From NCBI GenBank assembly GCA_965112735.1, contig OZ218950.1, forward strand, positions 4,216,001-4,280,000: 64,000 nucleotides of DNA. Direction: 5' to 3'. Made by a program: the position numbers and the translations under genes. This DNA is from Phaeosaccion multiseriatum. Lineage: Eukaryota; Protista; Ochrophyta, other classes. Below are positions 11,323 through 25,881 of the stretch, one piece after another (within the stretch, counting starts at the first letter, position 1; every line of letters starts with the position of its first letter). The notes beneath the pieces were generated by a model. The model saw only the letters and a list, made by a program, of their open reading frames with translations. It was not told where the DNA came from and did not search any database.

Positions 11323-14300
11323 ATGGCAGCAACAGCTCCCCCAGCAAAGCCCATGACGGCGGCAATGGAGGCTGCGGCCAGAGGGCCGGCAGTGGCCAAG
11401 TATGACTTGACCCGCACCATTAGTCAGTACCTTGATCTCCATCTCATGTTCCCTTTGCTCGAGTTCGTGGATGAGAGAGAGATCTTCCAGACGAGCGAGG
11501 TGGCGTTAGCACGCCTCGATCTCCTTAGACATACGCACATGGTGAGTGGAGAGATGGATACGGGGAGATATGGCGCTCTCTCTTGTGCTGGATGGCTTTG
11601 CACTAGCAACAGATCCAGAGGATGAAGGGTGTGAGTGAGTGAGCAATGGGGCACCGGCACCGCCCCTCCGACTGTGATGGAAGAAGCAAGAAGGCGCAGG
11701 CCCGCAGACAGCTGGATGGAGGGATGGCACGGGGGCAGGGCAGAGAGAAGATAGAAGACAGGAGACGAACAAGGAGAGCGGGGGATGGAGAAGACAGAAG
11801 ACTGCAAGAGAGAGGGACGGAAGAGCGCAGAGACAGACACAAGACAACGAAGGAGCTTCGCGTCGGGTCAGCGCCCTCCTGGGCAGAGGCTGCAGTGCTT
11901 CTTTTTCATGGGGAGGGTGGGCGGGCATTGGCGGACCAGACCATGATTTCGTGTCCCTCCCTCTGGGCCTGATAGACTATCGCTATGTTGGCCCTCTGGG
12001 CTTGGCGTGGGGTACTCCCTCCCTCTGGGCTTTGGCTTGAGGTACTCCCACCCTCTGGGCGGGGCTTGTGTGGGCTTGAAGAAGTACAGTGAATCGCTGC
12101 TGCCAGTGTGCTGCTGTCAGTCCTCAGACGTCAAGCCATTCCCAGCAGGGGACGGGGAAACCCCAATAGACAAGAGGGAGAGCCTCAGAAGAGAGCGCCT
12201 CACACAGGAGGCACAGGGGAAGGGCAGAGGGGGCGCTTTAGAAGGTAGCAAAAGGCAGTGTGGAGGCGTGGAATGTGTCGGGCAGGCCGTGGGCCGCCCG
12301 CACCTCCCGCTCGCTGCTCGTGGCCATCCACTCCACCGCCTCCACCCACCGGGGGCTGATGGTGCTGATGGTTCATGTCCATCTACATGTTTCTGTGCCT
12401 CGCACGCGGGTGCATAGCGGTTCGCTGGTGGGGATGGATGGATGGATGGATGGATGGATGGCAGTGGATGGATGAGGGGGAGGGCAGTCGAGCAGCAGAG
12501 GGGGCGCTTAACCCTTTCTTGGGGGGGCAGGCTCGCGTCGAGGCTGGGGCTTGGTCACTCAATTCATTCAGCTCACGAGTGGCGTTACAGAAAGCAGAAT
12601 GTTTGTGATACACGTCCTTCCTCCTTTCACAAAGAGGGAGACAGCGAGAGCGAGGGAGAAGCCTTCATCCAACCTAATGTTCTGTTCCCGTTCTTTCTGT
12701 CTGTCTGTCTCCGCCTCTGTCTTCCTTCCGTTTTGGTGTCTGCTCCTTTTCCTCCCTCCTCTCTCTTCCGTCTGGTGCCTCTCTACCCTCCCAAGGTTGA
12801 TTACGCCATGGACATCTATAAGACACTGCACAACACGGAGGAGACACCCAAAGGTCAGTGTCTGTCAGTCAATCACCAAGTCAGTGAAGGTATCAGTCAC
12901 TCAGTGAGTCAGTCAGTCGGCCAGTCGTTTACTCATTCACTCACTCAGTCTGCAGTCAATCAGTCAGCCCTTCGGTCTCTAACCCTTTTCATGATTCACA
13001 CACACACACAACACACACAACAAAACTCACAGAGATGAACGACCAACGCGCGGCGGTGTTTTTGAAGCTCAACAAGCTCAAGGACGATGCAGACAGGCTC
13101 ACCGCAGTCTTCGCTGACGAGGCGCTGTGCACGAAGCTCATGCAGGTATGTATGTGTGTATGTATGTGTGTGTATGTTTGTACGTATGTGTGTATAGGTC
13201 CTTCTGTGTAGTCCTTGTGGAGGTCCGTTGGGCCGTTCCCCAGGTCCCCTTTCCAGCAGCTTCGTTGTACACGAATGGAGAGACACCTCACCGTGCACCT
13301 CACCCACTCATACACTCGCTCTCTCACTCACTCACCCACTCATACATTCTCTCTCTCACTCACTCACGCATGCACCACTCACTCATTTCTCACTCACCCA
13401 CTCATACACTCACTCACCCACTCATGCACTCATTCATGCACTTGCTGACTCACCCACTCACTCACTCACTCACTCACCCACTCATGCACTCACTCACTCG
13501 CCCACTCACCCATGCTCTCACTCACGCACTCACTCACTCACTCACGCACTCACCCACTTGCTCACTCACTCACTCACTCATTCACTCACTCACTCACTCA
13601 CCCACCCACTTACTTACTCACTCACTCACTGACTTATGCGATGAATATATGCACTGCTCTGCCTGCTCTGTGCTGCGCAGGAGTCCAAGTACAGCTGGGA
13701 GGGGCTGAAGAACGAGCTCATGTTGGCGGACAGCACCTTGGATGCATATTACGACCTAGCCAAGTTCAACTTCGACTGCGGAGACTACGGACTTGTGAGT
13801 TGGAGAGAGGGGGGGGGGCGGAGGGAGGGAAGCGAAGCGAAGCAAAGCAAAGCAAAGCAAAGCAAAGCAAAGCAAGACAAATCAAAAAGCATTTTTGACT
13901 CTACCACAGGATAAATGCACACCTTCCCACATTCATTGCCGCTGACCTCCTCCTCCTCCTCCTCCTCCTCCTCCTCCTTAGGCCGGAGAGAGTCTTGCCA
14001 AGTACGCACAACTGACCAATGACACAACAAGCTCCAGGGGCTTTGGAGCACTGTGGGGACGTCTCGCCTGTGCCATCCTCGCCACACAATGGGACGAGGC
14101 GCTGGGGCTGCTCAGGGAGGTGAAGATGGCTATCGAGTTCAAGGTGAGAGAGTTGGTGATACAGAGGCGGGAGGGGATGGGAGGGAGGGGAGGGAGGGAG
14201 CGAGGGAGTGGGTGAGGGAGAAAAGCTGACTTGACAAGAGACGCACATACAACACAGCCTGTAGACAGGCACACAAAGAGAAAAAAAATAGCCGCCCCCG

Positions 14301-16750
14301 CCCGCTCTCTCTCTTACACACACACGTACACACACACCTCGTCTCACTCTCTGTCACGCACGCACGCACCTTCAGGACGGCACCCCTCTGCAGCAGATGC
14401 AACAGCGCTCTTGGCTCCTCCACTGGAGCCTCTTCGTGTTTTTCAACCACGCCAACGGGAGGTAAGGAGAGGAGGGGGCGGCAGGGGGCATCATTAGTAC
14501 ACCGTATTGACTTGCTCGCTCGCTTGCTTTCTTCCTTCCTTCGTTTGTTCGTTCGTTCCTTCCTCCCTTTCTTCTTTTTTAACACTCTTCCCTGTCTTCT
14601 CGTTCGCTCCCTTTGTACTGTGCTTCCTTCTGTTCGTGTTGGTGTTACGCCTGACTGCTGCGACTGCCGTGACGGCTGTGACTGCTGTGACTGCTGCCTA
14701 CTGTACTGCGTGCAGAGACGAGCTCATCACCATGTTCTTTGAGGACAAGTTCACGCAGGCCATTCAGGCCAACTGTCCCTGGCTGCTTCGGTACCTGGTG
14801 ACAGCCATCATCCTCACCAAGGTGGCCGCCAATCGGAGGCGTAACGTCATGCACGACCTCATCCGCGTGCTCGAGCAGGAGGTGAGGCATGCAAGGACTA
14901 AGATAGAGTTTGAGTTTCAGTGATGAGGAATGCAAGGACTAAGATAGAGTTGGAGTTTCAGTGATGAGGAATGCAAGGACAAGATAGAGCTTGAGTTTCG
15001 GTGGGTTGTATGATGATGTAGGGGAGGGCAGGTCACCCGTCTACCTACCTGTCTGTCTCTCTGTCTGTCTGTCTGTCTGCCTGTCTTTCTGTCTTTCTGC
15101 CTTTTTGTCTGTCTTTCTGTCTTTCTGTCTTTCTTTCTGTCTGTCTGTCTTTCTGTCTTTCTGTCTGCTGTCTGTCTTTCTATCTGTCTGTCTGCCTGTC
15201 TGCCTGTCTGCCTGTCTGTCTGTCTGTCTGCCTGCCTTGGACTTGGCCTCTCATGCCGTCTCCTCAAGCCCCGTCTCCCTCCCCCCCTGCCTCCCTCTCT
15301 CCCTCCAGCACGAGTCATACTCCGACCCCATCACGGAGTTCCTGGAGTGCCTCTACGTGCGCTTCGATTTCGACGGTAAGTGTGGCAGTGAGGCAGTGAG
15401 GCAGTGACTCAGTAAGTCAGTGTGACTCAGTAAGTCGTTCAGGCACAGGGACCGTCGAGGAGGTCGAGGTTCAGGGTCAGCGTGTGGGTCAGTGTGTCAG
15501 TGCCCCTCTTGCCACAACAGACTTTAGGGGTCCCCCAACGCCACTCCGACGACGTCTCTCTTACCTCGACCCTCCCCTCGCTCTCCTCCTTCTCCCTCTT
15601 CACCTCCCTCTCTGCCTTCCTTCCTTATCTCTTTCCCTCCCTCCCTCCCTCCCTCCCCCCCCGCGCCCCTCCCTCCCTCCTGTATGCCCAACAGGTGCCC
15701 AAGAGCGGCTCGGCGAGTGCGAGAAGGTGCTCCTGTCGGACTTCTTCCTGTGCGGCTGCGCAGAGGAATTCATGGAGGAGGCGCGCATCTTTATCTTCGA
15801 GACGTACTGCCGCATCCATCACAAGATCAACATTCACATGCTGGCAGAGAAGGTGCGGTAGAGGAGAGGAACACACACACACACAGGAGGGAGGGAGAGT
15901 AGAGGGGGTGGGGGCCGGGCGAAGAGAAGGAAGAGGGAGGGGAAATGGGGGGACGAGAGCCCCGTCCCTTCTGTCTTGACCTCTCCCACCACTCCCACCA
16001 CCTCACACTCACTTGCTCTCCTCTCTATCCTCGCTGCCTCCACTGCTACCCCTCCTGCTGCTACTGCTCTCTCTCTCTTTCTTCCCTCTTAAGATGGGCA
16101 TGGAGACGGAGGCGGCGGAGAAGTGGATAGTGGACCTCATCCGCGGCTCCCAATTAGATGCCAAGATCAACTCGCAGGAGAGCACCGTCATCATGACCGC
16201 CAAGTACCCCACCATCTACCAGCAGGTAAGTCAATGAATCAGTCAGTGTGGGGGTATACGTGTGTGTGCGTGTGTGTTACAGAGTGTATGACAGTGCGTG
16301 TGTGTGTAAGGGAGGGAGGGGAGGGATGGATGAGCATCCACTACCATCCCCTGAACCACCTCAGCACCACATGCCTCCATCCAATTTCCCCCCATCCACC
16401 AGTTTTCAGTTTTTTTCATAACATGAATGGCATCGATATCAGAGTTTCTCATCCGCCATCCATCCATCCACCCATCCACCCATCCATCCATCCACCCATC
16501 CATCCTCCCCCCTCAGGTCATCGACAAGACCAAAGACCTCAACATCCGCTCGGGTATGCTCATCAACAACCTCAAGCAGTACGCCACTGACCTGTCCAAT
16601 GGGGTGGAGCCTGACCCCAATGATTATGAGTCGAGCTTCAGGGGGGGAGGAGGAGACAGGGGGGGAAGGGGCGGGGGCAGGGGGGGAAGGGGGGGGGGTG
16701 ATCGGGGGGGGAGAGGGGGGGGCAGGGGAAGAGGAGGGGGCGGGTATTAA
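11323..16750 (+). CDS. EIF3E: Eukaryotic translation initiation factor 3 subunit E (INT6), multi-exon, with C-terminal RGG tail
   Basis: [119 protein letters not shown]...DAKI, YQQVIDKTK. Confidence 0.96.
13300..13632 (+). repeat. Degenerate (CACT)n microsatellite in an eIF3e intron
   Basis: About 330 bp of cactcact/cacccact/catgcact units. Confidence 0.9.
14889..14999. repeat. 41-bp tandem minisatellite (~2.7 copies) directly after an eIF3e splice donor
   Basis: Repeated unit atgcaaggactaagatagagtt(t/g)gagtttcagtgatgagga. Confidence 0.85.
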
Positions 16751-17504
16751 GTAGATAAAAACCAAGCCAGCCAGCCAGCCAGCCAGCCAGGTAGGTAGGC
16801 AGGTAGGCAGGCAAGGAAAGTTGTGAGGTAACAAACAGACAAGACGGATTGACTGATTGATTGGCTGACTGACTAAAGGCCCTCCTTTGACCGCCGCCAG
16901 CCAAGAAGGAGGGACGGACGGACGGACGGACGGACGGACAGAGAAGATTGCGAGCGACTTAGAGAGAGGGAAAGCGAAGGTGTAGACGAAGCGAGTGTCC
17001 GTCCGTGGGGTGTGCGTGCGTGCGTGCGTGCGTGTATCGTGGGGTGCCATCTCATGTCATGACTCTCTCGTGTACGAGGTGATGAAAGGTGTGGTGCCGC
17101 CCCCCCTCCTCGGCCGTGTGGACAGGAACAGGAACGAAGGAGGAGGAAGAGGAGGAGGAGGAGGAGGAGGAGGAAGAGGAGGAGGAGGAGGAGGAGGAGG
17201 GGGGGGGGGGGGGCGCCTTCGTCCTTCGTTTCTTTGCGCCACGCACATTACCTATGTCAAAGGTTATGACAGCTTTACTTTTTTGAATAAAGTAACACAC
17301 ACAGACAAAAGACGAAAGAACAAACTTACTTACGTACATACAATATGGTCATCCCTGAAGCAAACATGTTCGCTCGCTCGCTCGTGAGTGAGTGAGTGTG
17401 ACTGGAAGCAGCTCTTGCAGCAGGCATCAAAAGCTCAACAACAGTCCAGAGAGGAGGTGCGTTGTGTTGTGAGATGGTTGATCGTTCATTCATTCCTTCA
17501 GGCC

Positions 17505-17580
17505 TCAATTCTTGCTCTTCATAGACTGAGACACCTCCTCCCGCTTCCGCTGCATCCAACTCCCGCTGCCGCTGCCACCT

Positions 17581-17632
<52 letters not shown>

Positions 17633-18446
17633 CGGAAGAAGAGGAGGAGGAGGAAGAGGAAGCCCCTCCTCCTCCCCCTCCCCCTCCCCCACCCCCGCTG
17701 CTGACGGCATGCATGAGCAAATTCTTCTCCATCACCTCTTCCCCCAAATTATACACGGCACTCATCAGCAGGCGCTCCTCCCTCTTCTGCGCCACCTTGT
17801 CTGCTCTCTGCTTGCTTTCCATCAGGGCCATCTTCTGCTGCAGGTCCTTATTCTCCCTTGCTTTGAGGTGCAGGGCTGCGGAATATTTCTCTTGGAACTT
17901 GTACAGCATCTTCTTGGTGTACGTCTCCAGCTTGGTCTTGTCCGTCTGCAGAGTGTTGCACTCCGTCTCTTTGGCCTTGTGTGTTGTGTTTGTGTTTGGG
18001 GGTGTGGTGTTTGCGTTTGGGTGTTGTGTGTGTGTGTTGGGTGTTGGGTTGGTGGGGGGTGGGGTGGTGCAGTGGGATGATGATGGCAGGCAATTCAATC
18101 AAAATCCCACTCCATGCCACTCACACACACACACACAGTCGGTCCTCCTTGCTCCTCCCCTCCACGCACCCACTCACCTTGAGCTTGTCCGTGAGCTGAT
18201 TGAGGCTCATCTCCAGCCCCTCCAGCCTCTGCAACTCGTCCCGAAGCTTATCACTCTCCTCGTGTGCCTCTCTCAGTCTCGCCTCGTCCCTCCCCGCCTG
18301 TGCCGCCCCCTTGGTGTCTCCCTCTCCCCCCTGTAGGGACCCAACCACCCCCCTAAGCTTCTTCACCTCCATGTCGAGTTCAGCCTCTCTGCGCTTGGCG
18401 GCCATTGCGTCGGCAGAGCGCTCGTCCTGGACATGGCACACACGCA

Positions 18447-18495
<49 letters not shown>

Positions 18496-19082
18496 GCGTG
18501 AGCAGAGTACCGGATACGTGACCAAAGCGCGAAGTTAGACCCAGAGGGGAGGGTATGTATATATATATATAGAGAGAGAGGAGGGTGATAGGTGATGAGT
18601 ACCCACACCAACCCCCCCGGCCCTCTCCTCCTCTGCAGTGAGTCCATCTCACCACCTCACCTTCATCCTCTTCTCCACCTCCAATTGCGTCTGTAGGAGT
18701 GCCACCTGCTCGCTGTCGGTCTCCCCCCCTCCCTCCAGCTTGGTCTTGAGCAGCTCATTCTCCCTCGTGAGCCTACCCACTTTCTCCCTACGGTCTGAAG
18801 AGCTCTCAAAGAGCCCCACTCCGCCCCCCCCCGCCCCCCCCAGGCCGCCGCCGTCATCGTCTTCGCCCCCTCCCCCCCCTCCCCCTGCCTTGTGCGTCTC
18901 TCGGAGTGCGATGAGCTCGTCCTCGAAGAAAGCTTTGGCCTGAGAGACTTCTTCTAGGTCCACTCGTAAGCGTGTGACCTCCTGAAAGGGGGGGGGGGGG
19001 GAGAGGGGTACAAGTGAGGGATCACTCAGATTCAAATACACACAACACACCCACACAACAACACACGCACACTCATACACAC

Positions 19083-19122
<40 letters not shown>

Positions 19123-19843
19123 ACACACACACATCCAAACCCCCACCCCCCACCCACACCCACACACACACATCCACCCACACCCACACCCACCCACACC
19201 CACACACACGCACACGCACACGCACACGCACACCCTCTCTCCCCTCCGCTACCCACCGCGTCCTTGAGGGATAGCGCGTTGGAGGTCTCGAACTTGGCCC
19301 TCTCCATCTCCACAGCCTGGTCCTTGTACAGCTCCAGCTGGCGAGTCAGGGTGGGGATGGTCTTGGTAGTGGACTCGAGGTCAAAGATCTGATCCAAGTA
19401 CTTGGCATTCTGTGCCTCCAGCTCCTCCAGCTCCTGGGGTTTGGAGTGAGTCAAGTCCAGGTCAGGTCCAGTTTCAAGGTCAAGTTTCAGTTTTGCAGCT
19501 TCATCAGTTCCTTTTCAAGGTCAAGTTTCAAAATCATAACAGACTTGCCAACCTCGATAATGTCACCTCTACGCTTGATATTTGTATTCGACATCGATAT
19601 TGTATTCGACATCGATAACCATGCCCCACCTGCTTGAGGTTGCTGAGCCCCTCCAGGCGCTTTTGGTACTTTGTGATGGTATCTTCCGCCTTCCTGAGCT
19701 GCGCAGCCTTACCCTGCGCGATGTCAAGCTCGTCAGCGATCTGCCGCACCTCACTCTCCAGCTTTGCACGGAGCCTTGTATTGTTTGTATGTGTCGTGGT
19801 GGTGGTGGTGGTGGTGGTGGTGGGGGGGGGGGGGGTGGCACAA

Positions 19844-19876
<33 letters not shown>

Positions 19877-21849
19877 ACAGGCACGACACCAGACAGACAG
19901 AGGGAGGGGTGAGTCGACATCGATTGGGGAATCAATCAGTACGGATGCTATTTCGCCGCGCACTCACTCAGGCACCCAATCATCGACGCACCCCATCGTT
20001 CACTTAATCACCCGCTCACACACTCACCCACCCACTCTCCCCCTCCCCCCCACCTCCCTTCCACCTACCCACCCACCCACCCAACCAACCATTTACCCAC
20101 CCACTTCCCGCCTCCCTCCCTCCCTCCCCCCCAGCAAGCCAGCCAACCAGCCAGCCAGCCATCCATCCCATTCACTCACTTGTCCTCTTTCTCCCTGGTG
20201 GCCTGCAGCGAGTCCCTCTCCCCCTTCAAATCCTCCACCTCCACCTCTCTCTCCGCCAACTCTGCCCGCAGGCCTTTCACCTCGTTGCTCTGGCCCCTCT
20301 TGCTCTCCTCTCCCTGCCTCTCTCCTCTACTCCTGAGCTCCCCTAATTCTTCTTGCAGCATCCTCACAGTGTCAGCGCTCTTGACTTGCTCCCTCGCCGC
20401 CTCGTCCCGCTCCCCTCTCAAGTCCTCTGCGAGCCGCTCCGAGGCATTGAGGGCCACACGCATCTCTGCGACAGCCTCCGCCGCGACCTCTTCTGCTGCC
20501 GCTGCTGCTGCCACTGCTGCTGCTGCTGCTGCCGCCGAGTCTCCTCCTTCTGTCCCGCTGCCTCCTCCTCCTCCTCCTCCTCCCCCTCCCCCTCCTCGGG
20601 CTTCGTTCTCCCCTTCATCTCCATCTGTGAAGTCCGTCATGTTTGCCATGCCCTGCTGAATCAGCACCTGCAGCAGCCCCTGTTGCTCGTCCGGCAGCTG
20701 TGCAGGTGTGCGTGTGTGCGTGTGTGTGTGTGTGTCCGTGTGTGTATGTGTGTGTATATGTGCGTGTGTGTATATGTGCGTGTGTATATGTGTGTGTGCA
20801 TTGTGCATGTTGGTAGTTCGGACACAGCATCGTGATGGAAGATGATTGACGAATGATGAAAATGACGATGACACCCACCTGCATGATCTTGGGGATGAAC
20901 TGCGCCTTGTCAGAGCACGTCACGGTGACCGCAAGGAGCAGCTCCACCAACTTCATGGCCACTTCGGAGGCTTGAGGCCCGAGGGAGGCATCCTCTGCCC
21001 ACTTGGCCAGCGACGTCAGGCCAGAGGGCTGCACGAGGGGTGGGACAAGTTAGAGAGGGCCCTTACGTTAGTGTTGTTGGCAGCCCTCTTCACTCACCCA
21101 CACAACTACCCCACTCCACTCACCCACCCACTCAATCACTCGACTCCCTTTCCTCCCTCTTCTTACTTGCACTAGTGAGAAGTCGGATGCCTTCTCGAGC
21201 ACCTCGTTGTAGTAGCTCTCGAGGTTGGACACCACACGCTTGAGGTTGTTCTTGGAGAGGACCCAGTTGCCTCGCGACTCGGAGTTGATGCCCGTCATGG
21301 AGAAGAAGTGGGGGGCTCTGATTGGGTTGGGAAGGGGAGGGTTGGTGGGCAAAAGGAGGAATATTTGAGCGGGCTTTCGACTATAGAGCAAAGTGCTTTA
21401 AAGAGGGAGGGGGGGTGGGGGGGGGTGGTCCCATTCTTCAAAGGGGGGGAATCGTGCGCAGTTGAGTCGCATATCACACATCGATTGACACAAAGTCACC
21501 ATTCACCATTCGGCATCATCCTCTACTTTGGTGGCAGAGAATTCGTTGCACAGAAGATCAGCAGCCCCCCCCCTGTGCTCGTGCTTACATGTGGGCGAAC
21601 ACTTCGGCCAGCAGCACCCCGTCTGACAGGTCCTTCAGGCTCTCACACTGCGACGACAAGGCAAACGTCCCCACCTGCAAGAGAGTGAGGGAGGGACAGC
21701 AAGGGGGATGGGCTCTTCTTGAGTGCGATGTGGCTATCCTCTGCTTTGATTCTCGGTTTTGTGCCTCTGACTCTACGCTCGAGCAGGCTGGCCTGGTCGG
21801 TCCCCGGTCGGGAGAAGATGCAAGCGCTAATTGCAGAGAGAAGCCCTTG

Positions 21850-21914
<65 letters not shown>

Positions 21915-21992
21915 ACACCCCAGTTAACGTGTTCCTCCCTTATGGGCACTCACCCAGGCGACGGCCGCTGCCTCCTGCTGATCGTCCGCCAT
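17505..21992 (-). CDS. HOOK-family microtubule/dynein adaptor (N-terminal Hook domain plus long coiled coil), multi-exon
   Basis: MADDQQEAAAVAW|VGTF...KDLSDGVLLAEVFAHIAPHFF, NWVLSKNNLKRVVSNLESYY, KLVELLLAVTVTCSDKAQFIPKIMQL, DELDIA...TITKYQKRLE...NLKQ, and C-terminal QKREERLLMSAVYNLG. All are typical of Hook proteins. Confidence 0.85.
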
Positions 21993-22297
21993 CGTGCTTG
22001 AAGCCCCGGAGAGGGAGAGCACCGATCGTTGCCCCCCCTTCACCTCCTTTTGTTGATCACTTCGTTCGGCTTCTAATCTGGATTAAGGCCCAGAGCTGCC
22101 CACGATACCCTGTAGACTTCTTGCTGACGTCCTACCTCTCCCTCTCTTCCCTTCTCCTTCCTCCTCCTCTTTCTCTTTACTCGGCTTCGCGCCTGCTAAG
22201 ATCCTGCTTAGGACAGGGCCTGCTTGCTTAGGACAGGGCCAATTCCCATTCTCTCCCTTGATATCCTCGCTTTGAATCCTTCCTCTTCTCAAAGACG

Positions 22298-24384
22298 ATG
22301 ATCTCCTCTATTACGAGGCGTGTTGTGCGACACCGCGTTGCTCTACCCAAAGACAGGGGATCGCTTTGTGTGTCGTCCACTGCCCGCCCTGCTGCTGCGG
22401 CTACTGTCCACTGGCGATGCCTCTCCTCCGATTCTTCTTCAGCAGCAACCTCAACAGGTGCGAGAAAGGTGAACATCAAATCGCGCATTGGAATTTACCC
22501 GAGCAAAATGTGGGGGCGGTTGTCCTTCTCACGTGTGGTGACGCTTCCGTCGGCCAAGGCCTCTTAGCAGCACTCTCCCAACAACTTCAACCCATCATCC
22601 ACTTGTTCCCTACCGCCCGGCCCTCTACCGCTCTCTCTCCCTTCGTTATCCACAGAATATGATCACCTGCTGGTCGAACAGCGGGGTCGAGCAGGCCTCA
22701 TCACCTTCAACAGGTCAGTCGTCAGTCAGTCAGTCTTACGTCTTTCCCTCTACCACACCAATTTCCTCCCTCCCTCTCCTTCATCCCACCTGTACCCTCT
22801 AACCCCCCTTCTCTCCTCCTCCCATCTCCCACCTCCCTCCCACCTCCCTCCCACCCGACCACTCTCCCTACCCACCCACCGCATGATAGACCCCGGGCCC
22901 TGAACGCCCTCTCCACGCCCCTCATCCGCGAGATCTGCAGCGCAGCCGAAGCCTTCGACTCGGACCCCTCGGTGGGTGCCGTGGTTCTCACGGGCAGCAC
23001 CAAGGCCTTTGCGGCGGGTGCAGACATTACGGAGATGTCTGACCTGAGCTTCGCGGAGGCCTATGGACAGGACAAGTTCAGCGAGTGGAGCAGGCTGGCG
23101 GCCATCCGGAAGCCGGTAAGATATGATGATGCACCAATACTTTTGGTCTCCATGGGATAATATTACTGCTTGTGGAAGCGGCCCACCCCATGCTGTGTGC
23201 CTGTGATTCTCTCCTCCTGCTTCGCTGAGACTCTGACTGAATGACGGACTATGACTGTCCCTGTCTTACCCCCTCCTCCCTCTGTAGATGATCGCCGCTG
23301 TGAACGGTTACGCCTTCGGAGGCGGCTGTGAGCTCGCCATGATGTGCGACATTATATACGCCGGGGACAAGGTGAGTCAGTCTACAGCATGCAGGAAGGG
23401 GAGAAAGGAATATGGGCAGAAGCGCATCTCTCTGTTGTCGGTTTGGTACGATAGGTCGATTCCCTCATTTCCCTTACCTTCCCTCACCGCCCTTCCCTAT
23501 TGCTTCCTTCCTTCCCTTTCCCTTCCCTCACCGCCCTTCCTCCCTCTTCAGGCGGTGTTTGGCCAGCCCGAGATCAACCTCGGAGTGATTCCGGGCTGGG
23601 GTGGAACGCAGCGCCTCATTCGGGCCGTGGGCAAGTCCAAGGCAATGGAGATGATCCTCACAGGGAGGAGGATGAAGGCAGACGAGGCAGAGAGGAGCGG
23701 TAGGTAGAAGGTAGTGATGAAGGCGGACAAGGCACAGAGAGAGAGGGAGAGAGAGGGGAACACAGACACACACACACAACACAACACACACACACGCGCA
23801 CACACACACATAGAGAGAAGGCATACACACCACCCCTACCACCCCCACCACCCGCCTGTCGCTCAATTCACTCCCTTCACTCCCTCTGTCCCTCCGTCCT
23901 TCCCTCCCTCCCTCCCTCTATCCCTCCGTCCTTCCCTCCCTTCCTCACTCTGTCCCTCCCTCCCTCCCTCCCTCCCTCCCTCCCTCCCTCCCTCTGTCCC
24001 TCCCTCCCTCCCTCCCTCCTTTCCTCCCTCCTGTGCCTCCTTCCCGTCCCTCCTCCAACACAGGCCTGGTGGCAGCTGTGCACCCTTCAGAGGAGCTGGT
24101 GGAAAGAGCCATAGAGGTGGCCAACACCATTGGGGGCAAGTCTCACTTGTCTGTGCTCATGTGCAAGGAGGCCGTCAACGCCGCAGAGAACCTCGGGGTC
24201 AGGGACGGGTTGGCCTTGGAGAGGAGGCTCTTCCATAGCCTATTCGCCACGGTCAGTGGCTTGCTGGGGGAGGGGGGTGGATGGAGGGAGAGTATGGGTG
24301 GGTGGGGGTGGGGTGGGGGTCGGGGGCACGCTCCGTCCCTCTCTGTCTCTGTTCCATTCAGTGTGTCTCTCGTACGCCCTCTCC

Positions 24385-24420
<36 letters not shown>

Positions 24421-24561
24421 CTCTTTCTCTCTCTCTCTCTTCTTTGCCGTTCCCTGATTTGGCACCGCTCTTCCCCCCCCCTCACCCCACCTCAGGAGGA
24501 CCAAAAGGAAGGCATGGCCGCTTTCCAGGAGAAGCGAGAGCCAAACTTCAAACACAAATGA
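22298..24561 (+). CDS. ECHS1: Enoyl-CoA hydratase, mitochondrial (crotonase family), multi-exon
   Basis: Arg/Ser-rich transit peptide; [87 protein letters not shown]. Confidence 0.95.
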
Positions 24562-25881
24562 GCACGCCGCGGGGGGGGGGGTGGCAATGGATGGAGGAGC
24601 GAGGGGGTGCTGCTGCAGGCTAGAAGGAGCTGAGCGAGGGTCTTCCCACCCCACGCTTGTCTACCACCCCTATCCCGGTATGCCCTTCTCTCTCAGCGCT
24701 GGTGGTTGGTTGGTTGGTCAGTATTCTTTCCCCACGCTCGAGGTCTGCGCTGCCTTTCGCGCTGTCGTGCAAGAGGAAAGAAGTCAGTCAGTCAGTCAGT
24801 CAGTCAGACGGCACTTGCACGTCTCGGGTAGACGGTGCTCCAGGAGGGGTAGGGAGGAGACGAACAACCAACAGCGTATGATGATGCACACACCACCGGC
24901 GTCGGTCGGTCGCTCGGTCACGGTCTGTGCGGGTTATATTGGATGTCATATGGGCTGATTTCATGTATATGGCGGCCCACAGCAGCCATGGGTATCTAAG
25001 TTTTGGGCCCACAGCAGCTTGCACAGGGCCGATTATGTCCACCCACAGACATGTGTACATGTATGGGGGGGATGGGTTGTGAGTGGCCAAGCGAGGGTGC
25101 ACAGCTGTTGTGGCCCGTACGCGCATCCTTCTGCCCCCCATCCACCGTAAGTACACACAAGAGAAACACAGACCAGCAGACCAGCAGGCCAGCAAGTGGG
25201 TGGGATGGAGGGGGACAGAAGGAGGAGTGGAGAGAGCGCGGCTGGCGGCTTTGTAGCGAGTTGGGGGCACAAGAGTGAAGGCTCGTCAGAATCACAACCA
25301 AAGGCAAACCACCCATTGCCAGGTGACGGAACTCCATGGAGCGAGCGAGCGAGTGGAGAGGCCCGCGTGGGGGGGTGTTGTAAAAAGAAGCTTTGATTCT
25401 TGTAAAGTATTTTATTTCTTCCTGGAGGCTTTCTTCTTCTTCTGCTGCTGCTGCTGCTGCTGCCCCATATGCTTGCCTGTCCACTTGGAGCCGAGCCATG
25501 AGCCTCCCTCTCAGAGAGAGTTCGACCTTCTTTGCACGCACACACACAACGCAACATACGCAAAACATGCGCACCCCCACGTCGCCTTCCCTCCTCGTCA
25601 GTCATCCGCTGTGCTCTCCGGCTTGCCACCCACCCACCCATCTGCCCACCCACTCCCTCACTCACTCACCAACTCACCCACCCACCAGGCGCACAAAGCC
25701 ACAAGTGCAATGCGCGCTTGCTGTATCACCAACTCGCTAGCAGTACAGGCGCTTGCTCATTCACCAACTTGAGAGAGAAAAAGCCACCCTTTGCCCTTTG
25801 GCCCCTTCTCCCCTCTCATCTCTCTCCCCATCCTCCTCCTCCTCCCTCCTCCTCGTCTCCTCCTCCTCCTACTCCTCCCCT

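Noticed and set aside
11955-12062. Spaced ccctctgggc repeats resembling a mini CRISPR array
   Set aside because: Repeats are only 10-20 bp with short irregular spacers, lie in a eukaryotic intron and have no cas genes. This is a degenerate minisatellite.
14920-14970. Box C-like GTGATGA in the intronic 41-bp repeat (possible snoRNA)
   Set aside because: No suitably placed box D (CTGA), terminal stem or recognisable rRNA antisense element.
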